From contig NC_068989.1 of NCBI RefSeq assembly GCF_001194135.2, positions 19,880,090 through 19,923,971 on the forward strand: a stretch of 43,882 bases of DNA, given 5' to 3'. Position 1 is the stretch's first letter. The number at the start of each line of letters is the position of its first letter. This document shows, piece by piece, positions 1-13,514 of this stretch. The stretch is from Octopus bimaculoides (lineage: Eukaryota). The position numbers and the translations under genes are program-made. The notes beneath the pieces are model-generated. The model did no database searches, was not told the DNA's origin, and was given only the letters and a program-made list of their open reading frames with translations.

Positions 1-160
1 ATAGGAGTGGTGAGATAGTTATCAACTCTGTTCTAGTTGGTGACAAATCAACTAAAACACAGTTGACAATTCCTGATGGATTTAATTCTAAATGGTTGTA
101 GACTAACTACAAGCTGTATAAAACCTTCTAAATATCAATAACTATCCCACGACTCCTATA
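1..160. repeat. Short inverted-repeat element (probable TA-flanked MITE)
   Basis: Positions 1-22 match the reverse complement of 138-159 at 20 of 22 positions. Confidence 0.55.
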
Positions 161-459
161 TCTCGACCCCCCACTATCTTCCTCTACTACTCTCTAAATT
201 ATAGTAGGCTTAATACGATATGCATTTCTTCCTAAACTCATTCTGCCACAAATATAACAAAGAAACAATGTAATTATTTTGGTTTCTAGTATTGATATAA
301 ATTTGTCAAAAATGGTTTATCCTTTATGTTGGAAATCTATATAGTCATCTACTTCTGAGGAGAGTGGTTTCTTTCAAACTGATGTAATGTTTTCATTGAT
401 TGATTAAATGGAGCCACTGGAAATTGCCGTAATGTATTGTTACCTGGACATCCTTGTTA

Positions 460-728
460 CTTCATGTAAAAAGCACCATCCGAACGTGGTCGATGTCAGT
501 CCCCCACCCCGACTGGCTACTGTGCTGGTGGCATGTAAAAAGCATCCACTACACTCTCGGAGTGGCTGGCGTTAGGAAGGGCATCCAGCTGTAGAAACCT
601 TGCTAGATCAGATTGGAGTCTGGTGCAGCCTACTATGTTCCCAGTCCCCAGTCAAACTGTCCAACCCATGCTAGCATGGAAAATGGACGTTAAACGATGA
701 TGGTGATGATGATGATGATGATGATGAT
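460..728 (+). mobile_element. SINE family B with (GAT)n tail
   Basis: GTAAAAAGCATCCACTACACTCTCGGAGTGG...GTTAGGAAGGGCATCCAGCTGTAGAAA...GGACGTTAAACGATGATG. Many copies occur in the window. Confidence 0.8.
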
Positions 729-1430
729 ATATATATCTACATATATTTTATTTCTCCATTCAAAACTAAAGCTTCACCACAATGCTATTCAGGTTTTGTG
801 TCACTTTGACATTCTTCAAGTTAATTCATATGAGGTTCAAATGATGAAGTTAGGATTTACAATCTAGGAAAAGAACTTCAAAAATTTTTAAACTCATCAA
901 CAAGTCACATACAAATATATATTATATATACATACACATATGAAACATAAACCACATATAACAAAGCTAAAAAAGAAGTACAAACACTAGACAGACTAAG
1001 ATCGATATCAGAGTAGATTACCTAACCTAACCATGTGAAGGACATATACAAAACTTCCCAGCAGATCCTAACAATAGATTAATAAACTAGTGAACTGAGT
1101 AGACTTGATTAACAGACACAATCATTGTTATCATGTCTGCTTTACCATGCTGGCCTGGGTTGGGTAGGCCATTATAGTTCAAGTTAGTTCTTATTTGGAG
1201 TTACAGCCTTCCTAGATTGGTTGTAGAAAATATATCACTCACAAGCTCCTCAAAATAAACCAACCACAAAACTATGAGACTTGGACAGTAGTGCTGCAGT
1301 AATGATGCAAACAAAATAAATTTACCATGGTTGAATGAGCAGAATTCTACATAACAATTACTGAGCCCTCTCTACATAAACACTTAGAATTTCTGGAAGA
1401 AATTTACCACCATAAATAGTATTGGTACAT

Positions 1431-1830
1431 CATCATCGTTTAACGTCCGCTTTCCATGCTAACATGGGTTGGACGATTTGACTGAGGACTGGTGCAACCG
1501 GATGGCTACACCAGGCTCCAATCTAATTTGGCAGAGTTTCTACAGCTGGATGCCCTTCCTAACGCCAACCACTCAGAGAGTGTAGTGGGTGCTTTTACGT
1601 GTCACCCGCACGAAAACGGCCATGCTCGAAATGGTGTCTTTTATGTGCCACCCGCACAAAAGCCAGTCCAGGGGCACTGGCAACGATCTCGCTCAAAAAC
1701 CCTACAATGCCAGTCAGGCGGTACTGGCAACGGTCACGCTCAGGATGGTACATCTTATGTGCCACCCGCACAAGAGCCAGTTCAGGGGCACTGGCAACGA
1801 TCTCACTTGGCTTGCCGGGTCTTCTCACGC
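1431..1830 (-). mobile_element. SINE family B with an internal tandem duplication
   Basis: Reverse complement of the family B tail, plus a duplicated unit of about 115 bp (see findings). Confidence 0.8.
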
Positions 1831-2494
1831 ACAACACATTTCCAATACAATAATACATGCTAGGACATCACTAACATACCATTCTTTGATAACTGCTTCT
1901 ACATGAAGAGTCTCAATGTCAGCTTAAGTTTGAGGTGAGTTTGTATATTTTAGAAACACAATGAAATAGATTTAGCTCCATAGATTCTTTAGATATACAG
2001 TTGGCAAGCTCCTACCACTTAAATACTCTAAACCTAATAGAAAAATTCATGGAATTTAACTGAAAAATAACTGTCAGAACTAATTCATTAGAGTTAAATT
2101 TTTTTTTATAGACAAGATGATAGATTTATTTGCTGGTAATTGTTATCCTTATAGAAATCTAAACAAAATTTCACTTCATATTAACTTATGTTCTACACAT
2201 TTAGTTAGAAACAGATAAATCTTGTCAGTAATATTAACAAAAGAGTATCCAATATACATACATTGGCAAAAAATATTTTTTGCGGATGCACACTATTTGA
2301 AAGAGGTGCCAAGAGAAACTGGAGAAGATACAGCACCAAATCCAGAACAACAGAATCAGACAACTATAATTATTTGGTTCAACCAACCATTTTGCATGGA
2401 TACGATATATAATATAACCAGTAATTGCTTCATCAGAAACAGTCTTTACATTGTTCAATAAAAATATAAGAAGTTAACTATAATTTCCATAGTT

Positions 2495-2830
2495 GTGTAA
2501 GAGGTTATCAATGCTGCAGAAATGTGGTTCCTTAGGTGAATGCTAAAAGTGTCCTATACAGATAGACTAACAAATGTCTAAGTGCTCTTAGATGAGCAGA
2601 AATAAAAAATAAAAAAAAAGTTTATTGGACGTCAAATGAGAAGACAAAGCTTTGAACACTTAGTGAAAACTGAAAGGAAGAAACTAAGGAAGATATATAG
2701 AGAAAATATTTGATAGCCTTTCTGAGTGGCTGTAAGAAGAATGGGTCAATGACTTACTAAACTGTGAGTGGGACAAGAGGGAAGATGGAGATCCATGATT
2801 GCTGAAGCCAGTAGGGCATGGTACTTAAGT
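2495..2830 (+). mobile_element. RTE-clade LINE 3' remnant
   Basis: NAAEMWFLR*MLKVSYTDRLTN...WRSMIAEA, with stops and frameshifts. Confidence 0.65.
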
Positions 2831-3736
2831 TTTAAGAGAAACCTAGCTATCCTAATAGGTTAAAAAAAAAATTAACTGTACATTAAGACGAAGATTAACT
2901 CAATCCTATAATGCAACTTCAGCAGTATCCTGTCCATTCAAAGAGCCACACAAAGACACTACTGTACTAAACCAAACAACCATCTTAAGATAGTATCAGA
3001 CTAATAGCAAACATGTTTAAGAGCAACTACAATATATAGCCACACAGTCCAAACTAGCAAAACTAACAAATTCTAGTTACCATGACAGTATATCTGGAGC
3101 CTGAAGAACACAACTGACCTTCTGAGATGGCCAACAGAAGACAACAAGACTCCGCCCAGCTAATGACAGGATAACACTCCACTTAGAGCACAAATTAGCA
3201 ACAACAGCTAATTAATGTAGTATTCTTTACCAATTTGCCACACCCAGTCAAAAACTGACTGAATAGTATAAAAGCAAATAAGTATATAACTTCTGCATTT
3301 ATTAAGAATTTGAACCTCATATCAATCACTAAAAAAATATCAAAGGAATATGAAATTACATACATATATAACACGCACACTCACAACTATATGCTTACAC
3401 ACACACACACACAGATAACAAATGGAAATATGATACATCTGTAGTAGTAATAAAACGAGAAGTCGTAGTGTGCTCCAACATTACCATTTTTGTAAACCCC
3501 ACTAATATTAACTACAAATGTTGTAGGAAAGTATTCTGTATTGAAGCCATGTATGTTTGTTTCAGTACAAAAATGTGAGACATGCAATTAGAACCACAAA
3601 GTATATAACCAACTTCAACAAAAGAAAAAAAATATTCAAAATGTTAAATGAAAAATAAAATACAACCAATCCAACTGTGGTATCACATGCATTACAGAAA
3701 CAAGGAGCTTGTCTAAAAAGTACAGTGTAATCATAC

Positions 3737-3826
3737 CTTCAACGGGAATGTCTTGTTATTCTTTTTGGTTTTCTTTAAAAACTGCTTCAAAGAACCAGAT
3801 GACATGTATTCTGTAATGAAAATAAC
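3737..3826 (-). CDS. NRBP1: NRBP coding exon 4 (gene continues left of the window)
   Basis: CCAG acceptor, VIFITEYMSSGSLKQFLKKTKKNNKTFPLK (90 nt), GTATGA donor. I did not find the next exon (WKRWC...) in 1-3736. Confidence 0.97.
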
Positions 3827-4195
3827 CTGGAAGACAAAATAATGTATCCATATTAGCAACTGACCATGATTTTACATTGCATCTCAAGCATAACACAACA
3901 TATGCCATAAGTATAACCCAGCATCAAGAATTAAATAAGGAAACAAAATAAGCTAAAGGGAAGCATGAAACAAGCAGCAAAACACCATATGAAGTAACTA
4001 GTAGTACCCACAATTCCCAACTACTACTTTACTATGTCATGTTACCTGATAAGAAAACCATTCCATAATAGCAAGCACGAGGGAATCTATTGGGCATTAG
4101 AGAGTCTATAGAATGCCTGGAAATTTCCAGAGAAATAGATGATAGTTAATGTTACCAAGTTGACCTAGTCAGCAGTAGAAGTGGGTATTCAGAAA

Positions 4196-4506
4196 GCATT
4201 GTTGGCACTCCGTCGCTTACGATGTCAAGGGTTCCAGTTGATCCGATCAACAGAACAGCCTGCTTGTGAAATTAACGTGCAAGTGGCTGAGCACTCCACA
4301 GACACGTGTACCCTTAACGTAGTTCTCGGGGGTATTCAGCGTGACACAGTGTGACAAGGTTGACCCTTTGAATTACAGGCACAACAGAAACAGGAAGAGA
4401 GTGAGAGAAAGTTGTGGTGAAAGAGTACAGCAGGGTTCGCCACCATCCCCTGCCGGAGCCTCGTGGAGCTTTAGGTGTTTTCGCTCAATAAACACTCACA
4501 ACGCCC
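4196..4506 (+). mobile_element. Interspersed repeat, probable SINE (another family), running into the gap
   Basis: Abrupt GC- and CpG-richer block (GGTTCCAGTTGATCCGATCAAC...GTGAAATTAACGTGCAAGTGGCTGAGCACTCC) that I recall as a cephalopod repeat. There is only one copy here, so classification is uncertain. Confidence 0.5.
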
Positions 4507-4903
4507 NNNNNNNNNNNNNNNNNNNNNNNNNNNNNNNNNNNNNNNNNNNNNNNNNNNNNNNNNNNNNNNNNNNNNNNNNNNNNNNNNNNNNNNNNNNNNN
4601 NNNNNNNNNNNNNNNNNNNNNNNNNNNNNNNNNNNNNNNNNNNNNNNNNNNNNNNNNNNNNNNNNNNNNNNNNNNNNNNNNNNNNNNNNNNNNNNNNNNN
4701 NNNNNNNNNNNNNNNNNNNNNNNNNNNNNNNNNNNNNNNNNNNNNNNNNNNNNNNNNNNNNNNNNNNNNNNNNNNNNNNNNNNNNNNNNNNNNNNNNNNN
4801 NNNNNNNNNNNNNNNNNNNNNNNNNNNNNNNNNNNNNNNNNNNNNNNNNNNNNNNNNNNNNNNNNNNNNNNNNNNNNNNNNNNNNNNNNNNNNNNNNNNN
4901 NNN
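4507..4903. other. Assembly gap (N run)
   Basis: Read directly. Other gaps are at 28463-28472 and 34553-34668. Confidence 1.
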
Positions 4904-5238
4904 TGGAGCACCGCCTTTAGTCGAGCAAATCGAACTCCAGGACTTATTCTTTGTAAGTCTAGTACTTATTCTATCGGTCTCATTTGCCGAACTGCTAAGT
5001 TACGGGGACGTAAACACACCAGCATCGGTTGTCAAGCAATGTTGGGGGGACAAACACAGACACACAAACATATATATATACATATATACGATGGGCTTCT
5101 TTCAGTTTCTGTTTACCAAATCCACTCACAAGGCTTTGGTCGGCCCGAGGCTATAGTAGAAGACACTTGCCCAAGGTGCCATGCAGTGGGACTGAACCCG
5201 GAACCATGTGGTTGGTAAGCAAGCTACTTACCACACAG
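4904..5238 (-). mobile_element. SINE family A copy (young; 3' end lost in the gap)
   Basis: Reverse complement aligns closely with 42734-43090. Confidence 0.85.
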
Positions 5239-5494
5239 CTGCAACATTAAAAAACATCATACCATCAGACTAAACATGAGAGTCTCTATGTGGCCACAAC
5301 CAAATCGTTCTCAAATCACACTAAACTATTTTAAATAAGGGGGGAAAAAAAGCATATTAGATAAATGCAGTTCTGCAAGGCCTTATAGAGACAAAATGGT
5401 CACAACTAGAATGTCTTTGATCATAGGTTTGACCTGGGATTAACCAACAATCTAAACATAAAACATACACATACAGTTTAGTTTTTCCATACAT

Positions 5495-5843
5495 AGGCTG
5501 TGATGAACTTGGACACCCCCTCAGTGACATTTCCTGGGGTCATTGGGCGTTTCAGGTCTTTCAATAATCAGATATCATCATCCAGATGACCTAACCAGGG
5601 TTGATCAAGCCCTAGCTTGTGTCCATTTAGCACTATCTCTGGTAGCATTACTGCTTCCAGGAGTCACACCTGGTCCATAGCCACTTCGAGGTAACCTCGG
5701 CTGGCTCCATAGTCTGCCATCTACTGCCCCCCTCTGAAGCCCAGCATGTTGTAGGCTCTGCAAAGGAAATGGCCAGGAAACCCTCTGCATCTCACCTAAA
5801 TGGGCATCAGCACAGCTCCACCTGATCAGCAGGTTTCATTCTT
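5495..5843 (-). mobile_element. 3' end of a Hero-like non-LTR retrotransposon (restriction-like endonuclease tail plus 3' UTR)
   Basis: Minus-strand translation MPI*VRCRGFPGHFLCRAYNMLGFRGG...TSKWLWTRCDSWKQ* is a degraded PIEVGCRGF...ASRWLW motif. It is followed by a UTR (GGACACAAGC...TGATCAACCC...GAAAGACCTGAAACGCCCAATGACCCCAGG) that resembles Hero elements as I recall them. Confidence 0.7.
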
Positions 5844-5922
5844 TTTCTTTTATTTGCTTCCTTAATGCAGTGCATGTCATATACCTAACCAAGTAAAAAG
5901 AAAAAACAGAGAAGATACATAC

Positions 5923-6024
5923 CCTAGGCTTTTCTCCAACCGTGTCCGTCCAGTATTTATGAAATTTCACAATATTTGGATGGTCCAACTGAATCAAATT
6001 GTCAAAAACTTGTCGAATTTTTTC
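5923..6024 (-). CDS. NRBP1: NRBP coding exon 3
   Basis: TTTCAG acceptor, EKIRQVFDNLIQLDHPNIVKFHKYWTDTVGEKPR (102 nt, phase 0/0), GTATGT donor. Confidence 0.97.
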
Positions 6025-6299
6025 CTGAAATATAAAGAGAATAAATCATAGCTTTAACATTTTAAATCATTTTCTTGTTTTAATGTCCACTTCTCTATGA
6101 TTGTATGGGTTAGAAGGAATTTGTCGCGGCAGATTTTCTATGACTCTTCCTGTTGCTAACCCTTATCAAGTAAGGTAAAAATCCCTCATTATCAGTCATG
6201 TTTTCATAGAAGAATTGAAACAAAAGACACTGTTTGTATGATGGTAACACTTGCTTACAGCTATCATCTGATGTCAAGGCAAGGCGACAACACACACAC

Positions 6300-6445
6300 A
6301 ACCTCTTTCAGTTTCTACCCACTAAATTCACTCACAAGGCTTTGATCAGCCTGGGGCTACAGTAAAAGACACTTGCCCTAGGTGCCAAGCAGTGGTATTG
6401 AACCCAGAACCATGTGGTTAGGAAGCAAGCTTCTTTGCCACAACT
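6300..6445 (-). mobile_element. SINE family A 5' fragment
   Basis: AAATTCACTCACAAGGCTTTG...ACACTTGCCCTAGGTGCC...GAACC motifs. Confidence 0.75.
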
Positions 6446-7369
6446 GGAAGAAACAGATTTATTGTTGTGAGAGGATGGTAGCAAAGAGTGTAATAGAGAG
6501 AATAGTGTTGAAAGAGGAACTATACAAGAGAAAGGGAGGCATAATTTCAAGGAGACAGATTAATAACAATATATATTATCTGGTATCAAATTTTTTGTTG
6601 CATGTCAACATCCTAGTCACTGATATTTAACTTCACTTATTTCTAACAACGCAAAATCTATCATTTATTTAGTTCCAAGGAACAACTGCTTAATGGAAAG
6701 ATAAACATTTTACAGATTTATTTAATGACTGAACTAAGTTAAGTATCAAAATATTAGTTTCAAATTTTGGCACAAAGCCAGCAATTTTGAGGGAAGAGGT
6801 AAGTCAATTATATCAACCCCAGTGCTTAATTAGTATTTATTTTATCGACCCCGAAAGGATGAAAGGCAAAGTCAACCTTGGCGGAATTTAAACTCAGAAA
6901 GTAAATATGAACAAAATACTGCTAAGTATTTTGCCCAGCATGCTAACAATCCTGCCACCTTAAAATATCTAAGTATTAAAAGAAGATAAAACAGTTGGCA
7001 TTAGGAAGAACGTCCAGTCTCAGAGACCATGGCAAAGCAAGCACTGGAGTATGATGCAGTCTTCCAGCCCGTTGGATCCTGTCAAACTATCTGAACTATG
7101 CCAGCACAGAACATGGATATTAAAAAATGATGAAGATGATTGATCTAACAAAAGAAGCTATATGCCAACAACAAATTAATGTAGAGATTCACAACAGTAC
7201 TAGAGAAATCTCACCCATAGGAGTGAGTTTTGTGTTAAAAAGGAACATTCTAAAAAGGAACTTGCTTAAGAAACCAAGCGGTTTAATATACTCATCAGTA
7301 AAATCTATTATCTACACTCATGACTATTATTGTTTGGCACTTGGGCCTGTACTAACCAAACACATTGCA

Positions 7370-7484
7370 GCTGTTCCTAACACTAGCTTAATGACAACTA
7401 AGTTATTTTACTGAATTCTTTGATATATTTAAAGTAATTGAAAGAAACACAGAGCATCTCAAAATAAATACAGTAACGAAAGGG
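7370..7484. mobile_element. Truncated copy of piggyBac-like MITE family 1
   Basis: Matches 9958-10070 and ends in CGAAAGGG|TTAA. Confidence 0.75.
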
Positions 7485-7655
7485 TTAATTGTCCATATTA
7501 AAATTAGCTACCATGTTTCAACAACACTGCATGCTATAAAAGAAACCAACATGCTTCCATGTAGTTTCCTCTTATACTCCAACTTGCAATAACCAAAAAC
7601 TTACCACCTGCCCACTGGTAGGACAGGAACAGCTGTCAAAAGCTATGGCCTGTAG

Positions 7656-8097
7656 CAGAGGTGGGCAACCGTTTTTGAGAAGTGGATAGCATAAGACATG
7701 GCTCATTATCAGTTGGAGTGCCATATAAAAGTGTCATTTGGAAAGTCCCATAGGCCGCAGTTACCCTAGGACTTGTCTATAGAGCCACCCTCACACCATC
7801 CAAAGGAATCATAATATACTACATGAGGATAAACGCCACATATAGAGCATCTTCGACAGAACCCCTCCCTACTCACATGCAGTTTTCTAATTGGTGACTG
7901 CTCATGAGAAACTTTGTGTGCTACAATGCCAGCAGAATCCATCAACAAGAAAACTGATATATCGTATAGTTGTCACCAGAGAGCTGTCCAATTCATGAAC
8001 TTCAAACCACTGACTACTTGATACCCTAGAAACACTTCACTAGCCACAGTTGGCTCATGCACAATTGCAGGTTAAGCGGTCAATATGGTTGCCCACA
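7656..8097. mobile_element. Possible degraded hAT element
   Basis: CAGAGGTGGGCAACC at 7656 and GGTTGCCCAC at 8087-8096. The right terminus is incomplete and there is no clear TSD. Confidence 0.35.
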
Positions 8098-9469
8098 TTA
8101 AAGTGATTTCCCTTGCGTACAAAATTAGTGTGGTTTACCAACACCAAGCTTAAAAATAACAGCACACAGTTGTGCATGATATGCCAACTGAATTGTAACC
8201 TGACACCAGTAGACTGGTTAGCTTACCATGGGAAACTGTATCAATACCTGGTACTGCTCAATTCACAAACTGTACAGGTTTCCAATTAATTCATGCCACT
8301 GGACTGTTTCATCTAACATGTGGTAGCATATGCAACATTATCTACTGTCACTGTTAATCAAATTATTCACATGGTGTGAACTGATCAATAGAGGTCCAAC
8401 TAAATATTTTCAGCTAGAAGCTATCTTTAAATTCTTCCTACTCTGATTCTATGCCTGAAGATGTAGACGTACATCTGCGCCTACAAAACATTTGAGTTAT
8501 GGAGAGCTCAGCTAACTTGTTATTAAATACAACTTAAGTTATGTATTGAGTGCTACTTTCCTTCACTTGCTCACTATGTACATGTACTACGCATATACAA
8601 ATATATATATATATATATATTCACCCACATATATATAGACACTGACACACATACATACACTCAGTATAAATTATATGCATGCACAAATATACCCAATGTA
8701 AATTGTAAGTAAATGTATGTTTACACCCCCACCACCACACACAGAGCTGAGGCTGTAAATAATTCAATGTTCGGTTTTCGAAAACCTGCTGGGGAAAAAA
8801 AAAAAAAAAAAGCTTCAGCAGAAACGTAATAACATACTTGTTTACATCAAACAACTATAGACCTGCCCTTGCAAGATGTGTTCAGGTGCTGAATCAAAAG
8901 AACGTATCAAATATTATATACACACATGAAGAGTCCGTGAAGTAAACAATGGAATGAACAAAAGAATGTTGCAACCACTCAAACAAGAATTAGATCACAC
9001 ATCATTTGCTGGCTAGCCATGCATACTAACACAGCACTCATATTATCTTTTGATTTTTGGTGTTAAAACACGCATTGTCATCATTATAACATCTACTTTT
9101 TCTTTGCTTGCATAGATCAGATGAAAGTTGTTTTTTTAACTACTACAGCCTGATGCTCTTCCTGTTGCCAACGCTTACCTGTTTCCAAGAAAGTAATGTT
9201 TTCCCCTAGGTCTTCAAATAGTAAACAGCTCAATAGCAGACATATTTTCACGAAAGATTATGAACAAATTTGTATGACTGTTGAGTTTTGATTACATTCA
9301 GTGTGCAGATGTCAATATAGGGAAGAGACAGGTGTGTGAGTGTACACACACACACACACAAACACATGCATAAACAGACTTACAGTTTTTATCCAACAAA
9401 TTCACTCACAAGATTGATTGGCAGCAGGGCTGAATTTGAAACCACATGTTTATGAGACAAACATCTTTA

Positions 9470-9508
<39 letters not shown>

Positions 9509-9512
9509 AGTG

Positions 9513-9680
9513 CAGGCATGGCTGTGTGGTTAGGAAGTTTGCTTCCCATCCATGTGGTTTCATGTTCAGTCCCACAGTCTGGCACACTGAGCATTTGTCT
9601 TCTTCTATAGCCCCAGGATGACCAAAGCCTTGTGAGTGGATTTGGTAGATGGAAATTGAAAGAAGCCCAATTTGGCAACC
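9513..9680 (+). mobile_element. SINE family A 5' fragment
   Basis: GGCATGGCTGTGTGGT...GCCTTGTGAGTGGATTTGGTAGATGGAAATTGAAAGAAGCCC. Confidence 0.75.
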
Positions 9681-9856
9681 ATAATCACCCAAGAGCAGAA
9701 CAGACTTCCTTCCTCTTCCTCACCACAGAATCACTCCAGTTATCATTATTTTCCCTGCCCACTGCTTCCACCAATCACCTCATTATATCATGTCCAGTAT
9801 ACAGTGAATATATTTCCAACATCATATACAATAATAAACTCTACCACAAAAGTTAA

Positions 9857-10070
9857 CCCTTTTGTTACCAGCCTGGCTGAAACTGGCTCCGAGTACAAAT
9901 GTTTTGTTTTCATAAGTTTTGAATTAAAATCTTCCACCAAACCATAGTCACAATTTATGTTCCTAACACCAGCTGAATGATAACTAAGCTATTTTACTAA
10001 ATTCTTTGTTATATTTGAAGTAATTGAAAGAAACATAGAGCATCTCAAAATAAATACAGGAATGAAAGGG
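9857..10070. mobile_element. piggyBac-like MITE, family 1 (214 bp)
   Basis: TTAA|CCCTTTTGTT...AATGAAAGGG|TTAA, i.e. a TTAA TSD with CCC/GGG termini. Confidence 0.8.
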
Positions 10071-13000
10071 TTAAACTCAGATAATTAGTTAAAATGGATA
10101 CCCTTTCCTCCATTTTAACAGAGGTTTGCCCTTTTTAATTCGAGATCAGATTCTATCCCTTATTTGATATATTTAGTTGTAAAAGAAAATCCACCAATAT
10201 ATGAATACAAAACAATGCAAGGCTAAAAGAAGGAACTTTCATAATAAAAATTATTACGACATCACATTAGATTTCAACATAGGGTCATGACAAGATTATA
10301 AAACATTCTCAAGTAAGATCTGCTATAGTTTTCTTTAAGTTCATTTACCATCATCGTCATCTCAATGTCCACTTTTCCATGCTTGCGTGGATTTGATCGA
10401 GTTTAATGAAGTAGATTTTTCTAGAGTCAGATACTCTTCAGTTACCAATCCTCACCTATTTTCAAGCAAGGTAATATTCCACACTGGCTAGACATGATTT
10501 CACAGAATATTAGAAACGAATGATGTTGCTTATACGACAGTGACAATCATTTTACAACTGTCACAAATCCACCTTCAAGTCTGGTCCAATTGGGGCTATA
10601 GTAGAAGACAGTTGCCCAAGTTGCCATACAATGGGCCTGAACTCAAAAACTATGTGGTTGGGAAGCAAACATTTTAACCACACAGCCATATCTGTACCTA
10701 TATCAGTCCCAAGTAATAATATGCTAGGAACCTGCTCTGCCCAGCTCTCTCATAGTAATCCCCATCGTCCCCTAGCATGAAGTCAAACCTGCCACTTATC
10801 CCAGGGCTGTGAACTGCATGCTGACCTCAATAGTGTGGGTGGCACACACACACACACACACAAAAAAGCACTCTGTTTATGTTGTAAAGTGGATGGCATT
10901 AGGAAGGGCATCCAGTTGTAAAAACCATGCCAAAGCAGACATTGGAGCTTGATGCAGACTTTGGACACGTTGGTTCATGTCAAACCATGCAACTCATGCC
11001 AGCATAGAACATGTACATTATATAATGATGATGATGTATTATTGTAGATCTTGTGTTGCATATATCTACTGATAAAGCATACTTGACTTAATCCTGATAA
11101 TCTAGTTGTTATCAGACTTATATGGTCTTTATTTTATTGACCATATTTTCCTCAATGCCAGTGTCACCATAACAGCACCTGAGAATATAGTCTGCAGTTC
11201 ATATCTAAACTACTATAATCACAATCTATTTCAGTGGTGCAATACCCACAACAACAACAACAACCTTATTATTGGAATGCTGGACAAAATGCCTTGTAAT
11301 ATTTGTTCCAGCTCTTTATGCACTGAGTTCAAATCCCAATGAGGTCAACTTTGCCTTTCATCCTTCCAGGCTTGATAAAATAAGTTTTTGGGTTGATATA
11401 TTCAACTCTTCCTTCCCTCATTCAAACTTTTGGCCATGTGCTTATGTTAGAAATGAAATCATCATTAATGTTCATTTCTACTTTAGACACAAGGGCCAAA
11501 AATGGCTTTCAGGGTATTGCAAAAGGCCTGGTTGGAGGCCCAATCTTCCAAGTTTTTTTTTTTTTACAGGGCTTATAAAAACTGAAAGGTCACTGCAAAA
11601 AGTGTGTGAATCTGAGAGGGGAACATGTTCAATAAAATCATAATTAACTGATTCTCTTGTGCTTTTTTTTTTTTTTACTCAAAGCCGGTAACTTTCCAGC
11701 ACCCTTCGTATGCATTAAATATATCTGTGAAGAAATAATTTGTAGGCAGAGATCCTCCCTACTTAAAACTTAAAAACACAAAATTAGTATACAATTCAAG
11801 AGGCATTATTACAAATTAGTTTTATGGTAAACACAGAAAATTATCTAATTTAGCTTATTAGATCTTTGCACATTAGTATATTGAAGTAGTTTAGCTAATG
11901 AATAAATGTAACGTACTTATAACTTCAAAGACTTTATTTTAAGCCACTAGTTGTGCATGCACACAGTAAAATATAAGAACATAACTGCACTATAGTCTGG
12001 TAACAAGATATCACTTTTAATATGACTAATTTATCAACAGCTGATCTAAAGAATGTGGTGTATATTTAAAGCTACTTAATACAACATCATTTACAGGCAG
12101 CTTTTACATGGGTTGCTCAACTTTCTAGACATAGCAACCAAATCTCCAGTTAATCATGCCATTTGATTCATAAGTATTTTGGAAGGTTCCTACTCTAAAG
12201 ATATCAGTAAGCTTGTGGATGTAGGCATGTAGGTCACACTGAGCAAAACAGATTTCTACATAGCAGTTCTTTTACTGATTGTTTTTGTCTAACCCTAAAT
12301 CAACTCTTATTGACCAGAGGCATTCCATCTGCAACAACTCTGTCTTGTATTCATCTAGGACGACATAATCCAATGTAGCTGTTATTTATTTAAAATAAGT
12401 TGTGATTCAAGGGAGATTTGGGTGTTATATCTAGCAAGTCTAGTGATAATGTAAAGACTTCTCTGTTGGCTTGAGTTCTTTTACTGGTTCATAGTGAAGG
12501 TAGACATCACTATGGTGATGTTGGTGATACTGTCTGGATGACAGTGGTAGTAATGATGGCGAATGGTGGTAACAATAACATCTAATATGGTGATAGTATT
12601 GATGTTAGTAATGGAAGTGTGAGTGGTAATAACAATATGAATGATTATGATCGCAACAACAAACAGCTGGAACAATAACCATGCAAGTACTTAATTATGA
12701 ATTCAGATGAAGAAACAAGTTTAATAAATTATTTGAATATAGCCGAGTTAATTAGTCATTATGAATGTTGACAAACAAGTAGTGCTTGGTAGATGGAAGA
12801 TGACAGTTACAAGAGTGATATTTCAAATATTTATCATTTATGTTTAATGCAAAAGTCATTGGTCATGGCGAACTGTTTTTTGGCATATGCGCATATATAC
12901 AGATAAGATGTTTGATTTCTGTAACAATGGCTTCTCACATTGGTACCAGACTACAAAATCAGGTCACAAGTCAATTAAATTGACAGTAACCAGTGAAAGC

Positions 13001-13514
13001 TTGATAAGTGTTTTATTAACCCTAGAGGATTGAAAGATAAGGTTCACAGGATTTGAATTCAGAATGCAGAGGAATTAAACTAAAGACTGTAAGGTCTTTA
13101 GTCGCATACTACCATTCCATATTTCTGTGGACAGAAATAATTTCTATCTTAAACATTAAAAACACCATATCCAAGTATCCCACATGGATAAGAAATGACT
13201 TAATCAGATTCCAACTGAATGTTTCTACAGATGATAGTTAATTCTTGCACCAAGCAAGTATAATAATGATTTCTTGCGATGACACAAAAAGATACAGATG
13301 TAGGGGAGATACACTGAATTAACCCCAGTACATACCTGGTACTTGTTTCATTAACTTCTATGTTAATCATAATTGTTTCTTATATAAGTACAAGGATAGA
13401 AATTTTTTAGGGATAAGGTTAGTTAATTAAATAAGCTTCTGTACAGGATTGGTGTATTATTTATTGACTTCTGCTAAAATTTGAAATCAATAATTATGGT
13501 AATTATTTCTACCC

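Noticed and set aside
2222-2461. Possible further NRBP exon (NNVKTVSDE vaguely like NNHVKTCREE)
   Set aside because: No flanking NRBP similarity or suitable splice sites, and the expected intervening exons (WKRWC, HGNL) are absent.
4341-5250. Long ORFs of 146-271 aa
   Set aside because: They are artefacts of translating through the N gap and SINE sequence.
12481-12675. Ile/Thr/His-rich ORF
   Set aside because: It is a degenerate trinucleotide simple repeat.
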